64,000 nt of DNA, from assembly GCA_039935655.1 (NCBI GenBank), contig JBDTJX010000093.1, positions 4,537 through 68,536 on the forward strand. Direction: 5' to 3'. The first letter of the stretch is position 1, and each line of letters begins with the position of its first letter. The notes below the pieces were generated by a model that was not told where the DNA came from, did no database searches, and saw only the letters and a program-made list of their open reading frames with translations. A program made the position numbers and the translations under genes. This document shows positions 9,802 to 18,186 of the stretch, piece by piece. The DNA is from Candidatus Dormibacter sp. Its GTDB lineage: Bacteria > Chloroflexota > Dormibacteria > Aeolococcales > Aeolococcaceae.

Positions 9802-11306
9802 TCGGCGAGCGCGAAGCGGTGCACGCATCCAACCTGATCGGCGGTGAGCACCGCGAGGCGGTGAGCGGGCGCACTTTCGAATCGCGCAACCCCGCGCGAC
9901 ACGGCGATGTCGTCGGCGTGTTCCCGCAGAGCTCGTCTGCCGATGTCGATGCCGCAGTCACCGCCGCCGGGCGCACCCTTCCCGGCTGGCGGGCGACCCC
10001 GTGGCCGCGCCGTGGCGAGATCATCCTCGCAGCAGCGACGATCATGGAGGAGCGCAAGGAGGAGCTGGCCCACCTGATGACGCGCGAGATGGGCAAGGTG
10101 CTCACCGAGGCGCGCGGCGACGTGCAGGAAGCGATCGACATGGGCAAGTTCATCGCCGGTGAGGGGCGCAGGGCGTTCGGCGAGACGGTTCCGAGCGAGC
10201 TGCGCAACAAATGGGCGATGACGATGCGGCAGCCGCTGGGCGTGATCGGCTGCATCACACCGTGGAACTTCCCGATCGCCATCCCCTCGTGGAAGATCTT
10301 CCCGGCGGTCATGGCCGGCAACACCGTGGTGTTCAAGCCCGCCGAGGACACCCCGCTCTGCGCGCTGCGCTTCGTCGAGATTCTCCTCGAGGCGGGCCTC
10401 CCGGCCGGCGTTGTCAACGTCGTTTTCGGCCACCACGAGGCTGGTGAGGCGGTGGTGCGTCATCCGGGCACCGCGGCCATCTTCTTCACCGGCAGCGCTG
10501 AGACGGGCCGGGTCATCGCGGCCACCTGCGGCCAGATGCTCAAGAAGGTGTCGCTCGAGCTCGGCGGCAAGAACGGCATCGTGGTGATGGACGACGCCGA
10601 CCTCGAGCTTGCGGTGGAGGGCGCGCTGTGGGGCGCATTCGGCACGGCCGGGCAGCGGTGCACCGCCTCGTCGCGGCTCATCGTCGCCAACGCGGTGCTC
10701 CCCAGGTTCACCGAGGAGCTCGTCGCCCGCACGCGTGCCCTGCGCATCGGCGACGGGCTGGACGAGGCGGTCGACGTCGGCCCGGTGATCAACGAGACGC
10801 AGCTCAATCGCATCCACGGGTACACCGAGATCGGTGTGCAGGAGGGCGCCAAGCTCCTCTGCGGAGGCGACGTGGCTCGTGACGGTGACCTGGCCGAGGG
10901 TTTCTTCTACACGCCGACTGTCTTCGGCGGCGTTGCCCCGACGATGCGCATCGCCCAGGAGGAGATCTTCGGGCCCACCACCGCCATCATCCCGGTCGAC
11001 TCCCTGGACGAGGCTCTCGCCGCGGCCAACTCGACAGAGTTCGGCCTGAGCCTCAGCATCTACACCAACGACCTGCGCGTCGCCTTCCGCGCCATCCACG
11101 AGCTGGAGGCCGGTATCGTCTACGTCAACGCGCCGACGATCGGCGCCGAGATCCAACTCCCCTTCGGTGGTACCAAGAACACCGGCAACGGGCACCGCGA
11201 GGCCGGCGGCCACGTGCTCGACGAGTTCAGCGAGTGGAAGTCGATCTACATCGATTACAGCGGGCGCCTGCAGCGCGCGCAGATTGACACCGACGCTCAG
11301 CAGTAA
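9798..11306 (+). CDS. NAD(P)-dependent aldehyde dehydrogenase
   Basis: The ATG at 9798 overlaps the aminotransferase stop. Motifs are ELGGKN and the catalytic Cys in GQRCTA; 502 aa. Confidence 0.9.
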   Translation: MIGEREAVHASNLIGGEHREAVSGRTFESRNPARHGDVVGVFPQSSSADVDAAVTAAGRTLPGWRATPWPRRGEIILAAATIMEERKEELAHLMTREMGKVLTEARGDVQEAIDMGKFIAGEGRRAFGETVPSELRNKWAMTMRQPLGVIGCITPWNFPIAIPSWKIFPAVMAGNTVVFKPAEDTPLCALRFVEILLEAGLPAGVVNVVFGHHEAGEAVVRHPGTAAIFFTGSAETGRVIAATCGQMLKKVSLELGGKNGIVVMDDADLELAVEGALWGAFGTAGQRCTASSRLIVANAVLPRFTEELVARTRALRIGDGLDEAVDVGPVINETQLNRIHGYTEIGVQEGAKLLCGGDVARDGDLAEGFFYTPTVFGGVAPTMRIAQEEIFGPTTAIIPVDSLDEALAAANSTEFGLSLSIYTNDLRVAFRAIHELEAGIVYVNAPTIGAEIQLPFGGTKNTGNGHREAGGHVLDEFSEWKSIYIDYSGRLQRAQIDTDAQQ

Positions 11307-11312
11307 GGCCTG

Positions 11313-12173
11313 ATGGCGCAGCTCGAAGAACGCTTCACCACTCACGCCGGCCGCCAGGTGCGCTATCTGGTCGGGGGCGTCGGGCCGCCGATGGTGCTCT
11401 GCCACGGCTTCCTCGGCTCGGCAGAGAATTTCGAGACCTGGTTCGATGAGCTCAGCCAGGTCCGCACGCTGGTGATCCCCGACCTGCCGGGCTGCGGCGC
11501 CTCGGCGCCGCTGCACCGTGCTCGGCACAGCGCGGGACGCCTCGCCGGCGCCGTCGACGCCGTGTGTCGCGACGCCGCGGTCGAGCAATTTGACGTCGCC
11601 GGCCTGTGCCTCGGGGTGTCGGTGGCCATGGCGCTCCTGCAGCGCCGGCCCACCGCGGTGAGGAGGATGGTGCTGCACACGCCGCTGCTGGCGCCGGCGC
11701 TGGTGCGCCATCGCTTCCACCTGCAGATGCGCGGGTTCATGGCACCCGGCATCTTCCCCGCGATCTCCTGGCTGAGCCGGCGCCGGGTGGTGAGCGACCT
11801 CTACAAACGGCTTCTCGTCGAAGGTGACGATGTCGACCCGGCCGCGGCCGAGATGAACTTCCGCAACCAGCTTCGCGCCGATCCGAGAGCCCTCCGTGAA
11901 TGGCTGCTCGACGGGCTCGCCCGCGACGACGTGGCGCTGCTGCGCAACTCGCGGCGCCAGGCCCTGATCATCGTGGCCGCCGCCGACCGCATCGTGGATG
12001 TCCCGCTGTTGCGCCGCACCGTCGCTGACATGGACGCGGTGCGCCTCGTCGAGGTGGAGGACGCCGGGCACGGCTGGACGGAGACGTACGTGCGCCGTCA
12101 GCTCGACCTGATCACGGCGTTCCTCAGCGACACCCCGCTTCCCGCGGTCACGTCGAACGCACGGGTCGCCTGA
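11313..12173 (+). CDS. alpha/beta-fold hydrolase
   Basis: HGFLGS oxyanion region and a nucleophile elbow GLCLGVSVA; 286 aa. Confidence 0.7.
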   Translation: MAQLEERFTTHAGRQVRYLVGGVGPPMVLCHGFLGSAENFETWFDELSQVRTLVIPDLPGCGASAPLHRARHSAGRLAGAVDAVCRDAAVEQFDVAGLCLGVSVAMALLQRRPTAVRRMVLHTPLLAPALVRHRFHLQMRGFMAPGIFPAISWLSRRRVVSDLYKRLLVEGDDVDPAAAEMNFRNQLRADPRALREWLLDGLARDDVALLRNSRRQALIIVAAADRIVDVPLLRRTVADMDAVRLVEVEDAGHGWTETYVRRQLDLITAFLSDTPLPAVTSNARVA

Positions 12174-12177
12174 CTCG

Positions 12178-13326
12178 GTGATGGAGCTGCCGGCCAGCGC
12201 CGAGTGCGTTGTCATCGGTGGCGGAGTGGTCGGCTGCAGCCTCGCGTACCACCTCGCGCGCGCCGGGATGCGGCCGGTCCTGCTCGAGCGCGGCGATTTC
12301 GGTGCCGGCTCGACGGCGCGCGGCGCCGGCGGCGTCCGCCAGCAATTCGGCACCGAGATCAACGTTCGCGTCGGGATGCTCAGCCGCCAACTGCTCGATC
12401 GATTCAGCGACGAGGTGGGGGCGACCGCCGACCTCCGTGAAATCGGTTACCTGTTCGTCGCCACGCAGGCGGACCAGATGGCGCAATTCGAGCGCAATGT
12501 CGCCATGCAGCATGCGGTCGGTCTGCATGACGTCCGGCTCGTCTCGTGCGAGGACATCGCCGCAATCGTCCCCGCGCTGAACGTGACCGACGTGCTCGGC
12601 GGGACCTACTGCCCGAGCGATGGCCTGGCCGGCCCCAACGAGGTCACGTCCGGGTACGTCGCTGCAGCGCGACGCCACGGCGCCCAGGTGTTCGAAGGCG
12701 TCAACGTGGAGGCGATCGAAAGGCAGGGCGACAGCGTGGCCGCGGTGATCGCAGGCGGGACGCGCATCGCCACCGCGATGGTGGTGAACTGTGCCGGCCC
12801 GTACGCAGCCGCGGTCGGCGAGATGGCCGGTGTCGACGTGCCGGTGCGGCCATTTCGGCGCCACATCTTCATCACCGAGGAGTTCGCGCTGCAGCCCAGT
12901 CCGCCGTTCACGGTCGACATGCGCACGTCGTTCTACTTCCACCCCGAGGGCAACGGCATGCTGCTGGGCATGAGCGACCCGGCTGAACCGTCATCGTTCG
13001 ACACCAACGTCGATTGGAGCTTCCTCGAGCACCTCGTTGAACACGCCACCCACCGTGTGCCCATCCTGGCGCGAGCGGCGATCAAGACCGGCTGGGCGGG
13101 ACTGTACGAGGTGTCACCAGACAACCAGGCGATCGTCGGCGAGACCGAATTGCATGGCTTCTGGCTGTGCTGCGGCTTCAGCGGTCACGGCTTCATGCAG
13201 GCGCCGGCGGTCGGGATGCTGCTCGCCGAGGAGATCACCGGCGCCGGCAGCGAGATCGACATCTCGCCGTTCAGCCCGGGCCGATTCAAGCGCGGACAGA
13301 GCACGCCCGAGGCCGCCATCATCTGA
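12178..13326 (+). CDS. FAD-dependent oxidoreductase (DAO family, sarcosine/glycine oxidase beta-like)
   Basis: N-terminal GGGVVGCSLAYHLA dinucleotide-binding motif; 382 aa. Confidence 0.85.
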   Translation: MMELPASAECVVIGGGVVGCSLAYHLARAGMRPVLLERGDFGAGSTARGAGGVRQQFGTEINVRVGMLSRQLLDRFSDEVGATADLREIGYLFVATQADQMAQFERNVAMQHAVGLHDVRLVSCEDIAAIVPALNVTDVLGGTYCPSDGLAGPNEVTSGYVAAARRHGAQVFEGVNVEAIERQGDSVAAVIAGGTRIATAMVVNCAGPYAAAVGEMAGVDVPVRPFRRHIFITEEFALQPSPPFTVDMRTSFYFHPEGNGMLLGMSDPAEPSSFDTNVDWSFLEHLVEHATHRVPILARAAIKTGWAGLYEVSPDNQAIVGETELHGFWLCCGFSGHGFMQAPAVGMLLAEEITGAGSEIDISPFSPGRFKRGQSTPEAAII

Positions 13327-13344
13327 GCCGGGTTACGGTTGCCC

Positions 13345-13548
13345 TCAGGCCGGGCGTCGTCGCGCGAAGTTGGCTCCGACAAAGCACAGCACCCCGAGCG
13401 CGACGGCGACCACGGCGTGCTTGTAGTGGCGACCGACGGCGCTGGCCAGCAGGCCGGTGTCAGTCGTCGCGTAGAACACGGCGGCCGCAAGGAAGAGGAC
13501 GCCCAGCAAGGCAAGCAGGATGGCGGCAAGAGGCGTTCGAGTGTTCAT
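13345..13548 (-). CDS. small membrane protein (67 aa)
   Basis: Two predicted TM helices and a coding-like GC3, located directly downstream of uppP. Confidence 0.4.
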   Translation of the reverse strand: MNTRTPLAAILLALLGVLFLAAAVFYATTDTGLLASAVGRHYKHAVVAVALGVLCFVGANFARRRPA

Positions 13549-13563
13549 GGAGCTCCATTCGAT

Positions 13564-14421
13564 TCAGTGCAAGAGGATCAGGCCGGTGACCCCGAGGATC
13601 GCACAGTAGGCGGCGAATGGGTCGAGCCGGCCGATCTCGAAGTACTTGATCAGGAACCGGGCGCTCGCATACGCGATCAGCCCGGCGAGGACGGCTCCCA
13701 CGGTATACAGGCCGAACGGTGCTCCGCTGCTGGGGAGCTGCGGCACCTCGAGGATCCCGGCGGCGAGGATGATCGGCGTTGCCAGCAGGAAGGCAAAGCG
13801 CACCGCCTCCCCGTGGCGAAGCCCGGCGACAAGGCTGCCCGCCATGGTCACACCGGACCGCGAGATGCCCGGAAGCAGAGCGAAGACCTGGAAGAAGCCC
13901 ACCAGCCCGGCGCGAGCGAAGCTCATCTGTTCGATGGTGCCGAATCGTTCCTCGCGCTCCGCCGGGCGGCCGGCCCCACGCCTGCGTTCGTCCCTGCGCC
14001 GCAACATCTCCGCGGTGGCGAGGACGGCGCCGTTGACGACCAGGAAGGCGGCTGCCAGGCGCGGATGCGCGAACAGTGACTTCAACGGTGTCTCGAGGAG
14101 GAAGCCGATCACCCCGGCCGGCATGGTGCCGACCACCAACAGCATCGCCAGGCGCTGCTCGGAGTTGTCGATTCGCCCTCGCACCGCCGCGGTGAAGAAC
14201 CCGCGGACGATCCGCCACCACTGGTCCCAGTACAGCGCCACCAGGGCCACACCGGTGCCGATGTGAAGGAACGCAAGGAACGGTACGAAGGTCGGCGCGG
14301 ACGTGTCGACTCCGAGGTTGAAGAGCGCCGGGACGACCACGGCGTGGCCGAGGGAGGACACCGGGAAGAGTTCGGTCGCGCCCTGGAGAACGGCGAGGAA
14401 TATGACGAGGCCGGTGCTCAC
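13564..14421 (-). CDS. uppP: undecaprenyl-diphosphate phosphatase
   Basis: BacA/UppP motifs including SRSGVTMAGSL; polytopic, 285 aa. Confidence 0.9.
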   Translation of the reverse strand: MSTGLVIFLAVLQGATELFPVSSLGHAVVVPALFNLGVDTSAPTFVPFLAFLHIGTGVALVALYWDQWWRIVRGFFTAAVRGRIDNSEQRLAMLLVVGTMPAGVIGFLLETPLKSLFAHPRLAAAFLVVNGAVLATAEMLRRRDERRRGAGRPAEREERFGTIEQMSFARAGLVGFFQVFALLPGISRSGVTMAGSLVAGLRHGEAVRFAFLLATPIILAAGILEVPQLPSSGAPFGLYTVGAVLAGLIAYASARFLIKYFEIGRLDPFAAYCAILGVTGLILLH

Positions 14422-14445
14422 GCCGTCCGAGCCTAGCAGCCGGTC

Positions 14446-15831
14446 ATGCCTTCACGGCATCACCCCCACCGCTGCGGCAGCGATGATGAGCGCGTGGAGC
14501 AGGGCGAGCTCGAGCCGGCACAGCCGCTCTTGACGGCGATGCCCGTGACGACGGTGGCTGAGCCCATCCCGCCACTGCGACACTGGCCACCGCCGGCGCT
14601 CGCCATCCGCGCGTTCCGCTGGTACTGGATCGCGCAGTGGCCGACCCTGCTGGGCACATGGATGCAGATGGTCGCCCTGGGCTACCTGGTGTACGACCTG
14701 ACCCACAGCAGCACAGCGGTGGCCGCGGTGGCAGCCGCCGATGGCCTTCCCGCCGTCGTGCTGTCGCTTGGCGGTGGGCTGCTCGCCGACCGGCTACCGC
14801 GGCGCCGCATCCTGCTCGTCACTCAGTCGGTTCTCGGGGTCAGCTCAGGTGTCCTCGCGGGGCTGGCCCTGACCGGGCACGCAGGCTTCTGGTCGATCAT
14901 CGGGGTGGCGGTCGTCTACGGGTCGGCCGACGCGCTCGACCTGCCGACGCGCCAGGCGATGGTTGCCGACCTGGTCGACCGTGAGCTCATCGTCAACGCA
15001 GTGGCGCTCAGCTCGACGGCGATGAGCGCGACCCGCATCATCGGCCCGTCGCTTGCCGGACTGCTCATCGCAACCGCGGGTCCGGGCGCGTGCTTTGCGG
15101 TGCTCTCCGTGGCCTACATCGCACCGCTGGCGGTGCTGCTCCTGGTGATTCCCGACGTCAGGCCGCTGCCGCGCTCGGCAGGCGCGACCGCGATCGGGGA
15201 CCTGTTGGACGGCGTGCGCGCGGTGCGCCGCGATCCCCTGGTGCGCGGCATCGTCATCGCCTGCGCCACGCTCGCGCTGCTGGGTGTGTCGTACATGCCG
15301 TACCTGCCAATCCTGGCCCGAACCCAGCTGCAGGGCGGTCCTGCCGTCCTCGGGCTGCTGTACTCGATCGGCGGGATCGGCGGCGTCGTCGGCGGCATCG
15401 TCATCGCCACCATTGGCAACACAGCGGGGAGGCGTCGGCTGCTGATCGTCGGCGGCGGAGTGTACGCGGTGAGCCTGTTCGTGGTGGCTCACTCGACGGT
15501 GCTGCCGGTGACACTTGTGGCCCTGGTCGGCATCAGCTTCGCGTTCCTGGCGATGAACACGTCGATGACGACATTGCTGCAGACTGAAACCGACCCGCGG
15601 TTGCGGGGCCGGCTGCTGGGCATCTACGCGATGCTGTTCGCCGGGCTGCAGCCGCTGGGAACGGTGCTGTATGCCGTCCTGAAGCCGGTGTTCGGCCTGT
15701 TCAACGCCATCGGTATCGGCGCTGTCGTGGTGGGCGTGGTCGCGATCGCGGTCGGCATGTCACGCAGTTTCCGTTCGGGGTTCAGCGCGGACCGCGCCGC
15801 AGGAGGCCGACCTCGCGGCGGTGCTGACTAG
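14446..15831 (+). CDS. MFS transporter (EntS/enterobactin-exporter-like)
   Basis: 12-TM major facilitator superfamily protein. The start may be the internal MPVTTVA near 14536. Confidence 0.8.
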   Translation: MPSRHHPHRCGSDDERVEQGELEPAQPLLTAMPVTTVAEPIPPLRHWPPPALAIRAFRWYWIAQWPTLLGTWMQMVALGYLVYDLTHSSTAVAAVAAADGLPAVVLSLGGGLLADRLPRRRILLVTQSVLGVSSGVLAGLALTGHAGFWSIIGVAVVYGSADALDLPTRQAMVADLVDRELIVNAVALSSTAMSATRIIGPSLAGLLIATAGPGACFAVLSVAYIAPLAVLLLVIPDVRPLPRSAGATAIGDLLDGVRAVRRDPLVRGIVIACATLALLGVSYMPYLPILARTQLQGGPAVLGLLYSIGGIGGVVGGIVIATIGNTAGRRRLLIVGGGVYAVSLFVVAHSTVLPVTLVALVGISFAFLAMNTSMTTLLQTETDPRLRGRLLGIYAMLFAGLQPLGTVLYAVLKPVFGLFNAIGIGAVVVGVVAIAVGMSRSFRSGFSADRAAGGRPRGGAD

Positions 15832-16765
15832 ACTGGCGATCGTGCGCCGCACCCTCGTCATCGTGCTCGTCCTGCTGTGCAGCGGCTGCAGCAGCGCAGC
15901 ACCGTCGCCGAGCGGCGGCAGCCAGGTGATCGCACGTGTCGGTCCCACCGCGATCACCAACGAGCTCTTCCAGGTCCGCCTGACCAGCGCGCTCACCTCC
16001 GTGGCCATCGCCGGTGGTCCGACCAACAACCCGGCGATGCGCAGCCAGGTCAGGGCATCCGTGTTGCGCAGTCTCATCATCGACACCGTCATCGCCCAGG
16101 AAGCGGCCGCGTCCGGCGTCGCCGCCACCGACGCCGAGGTCCAGGCACAGGTGCAGGCGGACGTCACGGCGGCCGGCGGCACCAACCAGTTGCAGAGCCG
16201 GCTCGCCAGCCTCGGCGGTTCAATGGCGCAGCTCCACGACGAGATCACCTCGTCGATCAACGAGCAGAAGCTCGAGGATGTGTTCGCGAAGCAGCGCGCG
16301 CTGGAGATCGAACAGAAGCTGGCGGCGGGCGTCTCGTTCGCCACGCTGGCAGCGCAGTACTCCGACGACACCACGACGGCGCCCAAGGGAGGGGAGCTCG
16401 GGGCGGTCTCGCGGACCCAGGTGCAGGGTGACGACCCCGTGTACGCAGGCCCCGTCCTGGCGCTGGTCGCGGGACGCTACACGACCACGCCGATTCGCGA
16501 CGCGCAGGGCTACGACATCGTGCAGCTCGAGTCCTCCACGGCAACCACGCTGCGTCTGCGTCACATCGTGGTCAACGCGCCGGAGCCGTACACGGTCAAG
16601 GAGCGCCCCAACTGGTTCGGCGAGGCGATCTTCGAGTCGATCGCGCAGGACTGCAGCGCCAACCAGATTCACGTGTACGTCGGTGACGTTGGCGACGACC
16701 TCTGCGCGGCTGTCTCAGCGAGCGCCGCGCCAAGCCCGGTGGTGACGCCTGTACACACCCCGTGA
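15821..16765 (+). CDS. SurA N-terminal domain lipoprotein (putative periplasmic chaperone/PPIase-like)
   Basis: Lipobox LLCSGCS and a SurA_N-like region; no clear PPIC motif was confirmed. Confidence 0.55.
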   Translation: MLTRLAIVRRTLVIVLVLLCSGCSSAAPSPSGGSQVIARVGPTAITNELFQVRLTSALTSVAIAGGPTNNPAMRSQVRASVLRSLIIDTVIAQEAAASGVAATDAEVQAQVQADVTAAGGTNQLQSRLASLGGSMAQLHDEITSSINEQKLEDVFAKQRALEIEQKLAAGVSFATLAAQYSDDTTTAPKGGELGAVSRTQVQGDDPVYAGPVLALVAGRYTTTPIRDAQGYDIVQLESSTATTLRLRHIVVNAPEPYTVKERPNWFGEAIFESIAQDCSANQIHVYVGDVGDDLCAAVSASAAPSPVVTPVHTP

Positions 16766-17325
16766 GGGCGTTCCTGGCACTCCCGGTGCGTCCGCCCGCG
16801 CTGGAGCAGGTGGAATCGCTGTTCGAGCAGCTCAGGAACCAGGTCGAGGGGGTGCGCTGGGCCCCAGTGGAAACGGTGCACATCACGCTGCACTTCTTCG
16901 GCAGCGTCAGCGACGAGAGTGTTGCCCGCGCCCTGCAGGAATTGCAGCCGGTGTTCGCCGCGCAGGCCCCGATGCATCTGCAGCTGAAAGGCCTCGGCGC
17001 GTTCCCATCGGAAGCACGCCCGCGGGTGCTGTGGTGGGGCGTCGACGGGGACGTCGAGGCGCTGCGTGACCTTGACCACGGTTGCGCGATGGCATTGGCG
17101 GCGGCTGGATTCCCCGTCGAGCAGCGGCCGTACCGCCCGCACTGCACGCTCGGCCGTCCGCGCCGGCCATGGCCGCAGACCGCGCAACAGCAATGGCGCG
17201 AACTGGCGGCGCGGCTCCCATGGAGCCACGCTTTCATCGCCGACGTGGCCGTCCTCTACGAGTCAATCACCGCTGGCTGTGGTGCGCGCCATCACCCGCG
17301 CATGACGCTACCGCTCGGCGGCTAG
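16762..17325 (+). CDS. thpR: RNA 2',3'-cyclic phosphodiesterase (2H phosphoesterase, LigT/ThpR)
   Basis: Two H-x-T-x motifs (HITLHF and HCTLGR); 187 aa. Confidence 0.8.
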   Translation: MRAFLALPVRPPALEQVESLFEQLRNQVEGVRWAPVETVHITLHFFGSVSDESVARALQELQPVFAAQAPMHLQLKGLGAFPSEARPRVLWWGVDGDVEALRDLDHGCAMALAAAGFPVEQRPYRPHCTLGRPRRPWPQTAQQQWRELAARLPWSHAFIADVAVLYESITAGCGARHHPRMTLPLGG

Positions 17326-18170
17326 GCGCGGAGCGCCTGCACGAGTCGATCCGTCGTGGAACCCAGCCCGTATTTGTCGACGAGGCCATCAAGAGCGGCC
17401 GCATCGGCGGGATACGAGTCGCGGCGACCCTTCGGAAGCTCGATCGACAGACTCTGCACCGGCTGCACCACGCGCATCGCCCGCGCGAGGTAGTCGCGCT
17501 GGTCGGGCCGCAGGCCGCCGTTGCTGAGGAGGCCCGCGACACCACCGTGCCTGGAGATCAGGCCGGCCGCGGTCACCGCCCCGACGCCCTTCAACCCGGG
17601 CAACCCATCGGAGGGATCGCCGCGCAGAACCGCGTAATCCGCGTATTTGCGACCGGGGATGCCGTAACGCCTGGTCACCTCGGCCTCGTCGACCACGGCG
17701 AGACCGCCCTTCTCCGGGTACAGGACACGTACGCGGGGATCCTCGATGAGCCCGTACAGGTCGCGGTCTCCGCTGACAATCTCGACGGTGCCGGGAGCCT
17801 TCGCGGTCCACGTGGCGATGACGTCCTCGGCCTCGTAGTCCGGCATACCGATGAAGTCGATGCCGACCGCGTCCAGGAAGTCGTGGATGATCGGCATCTG
17901 CGGTTCGAGGTCGGGAGGGATCGGCTCGGCGGTGCGGTGCGCCTTGTACGCGGGGATCAGCTCAACCCGCCAGGCCGGGCGCCAGTCCTCGTCGCTGGCC
18001 ACGGCGAGCCCGGCGGGCCGGCGATTGGTGGTCAGACGGGTCAGCGTCTCGAGGAAGCCGCGGACGGCGTTGATCTGCCGGCCGTCCGGGGAGCGCACGG
18101 TGGAGGGCACGCCGTGGAAGGCGCGGAAGATCAGGCTCGAGCCGTCGACGAACAACCAGTCGCAGGACAT
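17322..18170 (-). CDS. 5'-3' exonuclease (FEN/Pol I N-terminal domain homolog)
   Basis: Start MSCDWLFVDGSSLIFRAFH at 18170. The acidic metal-binding residues and the H3TH region match this family; 283 aa. Confidence 0.85.
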   Translation of the reverse strand: MSCDWLFVDGSSLIFRAFHGVPSTVRSPDGRQINAVRGFLETLTRLTTNRRPAGLAVASDEDWRPAWRVELIPAYKAHRTAEPIPPDLEPQMPIIHDFLDAVGIDFIGMPDYEAEDVIATWTAKAPGTVEIVSGDRDLYGLIEDPRVRVLYPEKGGLAVVDEAEVTRRYGIPGRKYADYAVLRGDPSDGLPGLKGVGAVTAAGLISRHGGVAGLLSNGGLRPDQRDYLARAMRVVQPVQSLSIELPKGRRDSYPADAAALDGLVDKYGLGSTTDRLVQALRA

Positions 18171-18186
18171 CGAATCGTCAGGCGGG

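Noticed and set aside
9546-12362. 938-aa minus-strand ORF spanning the aldehyde dehydrogenase, hydrolase and oxidoreductase genes
   Set aside because: Extremely Arg/Ala/Pro-rich, a typical antisense open frame in high-GC DNA. The opposite strand carries well-supported enzymes.
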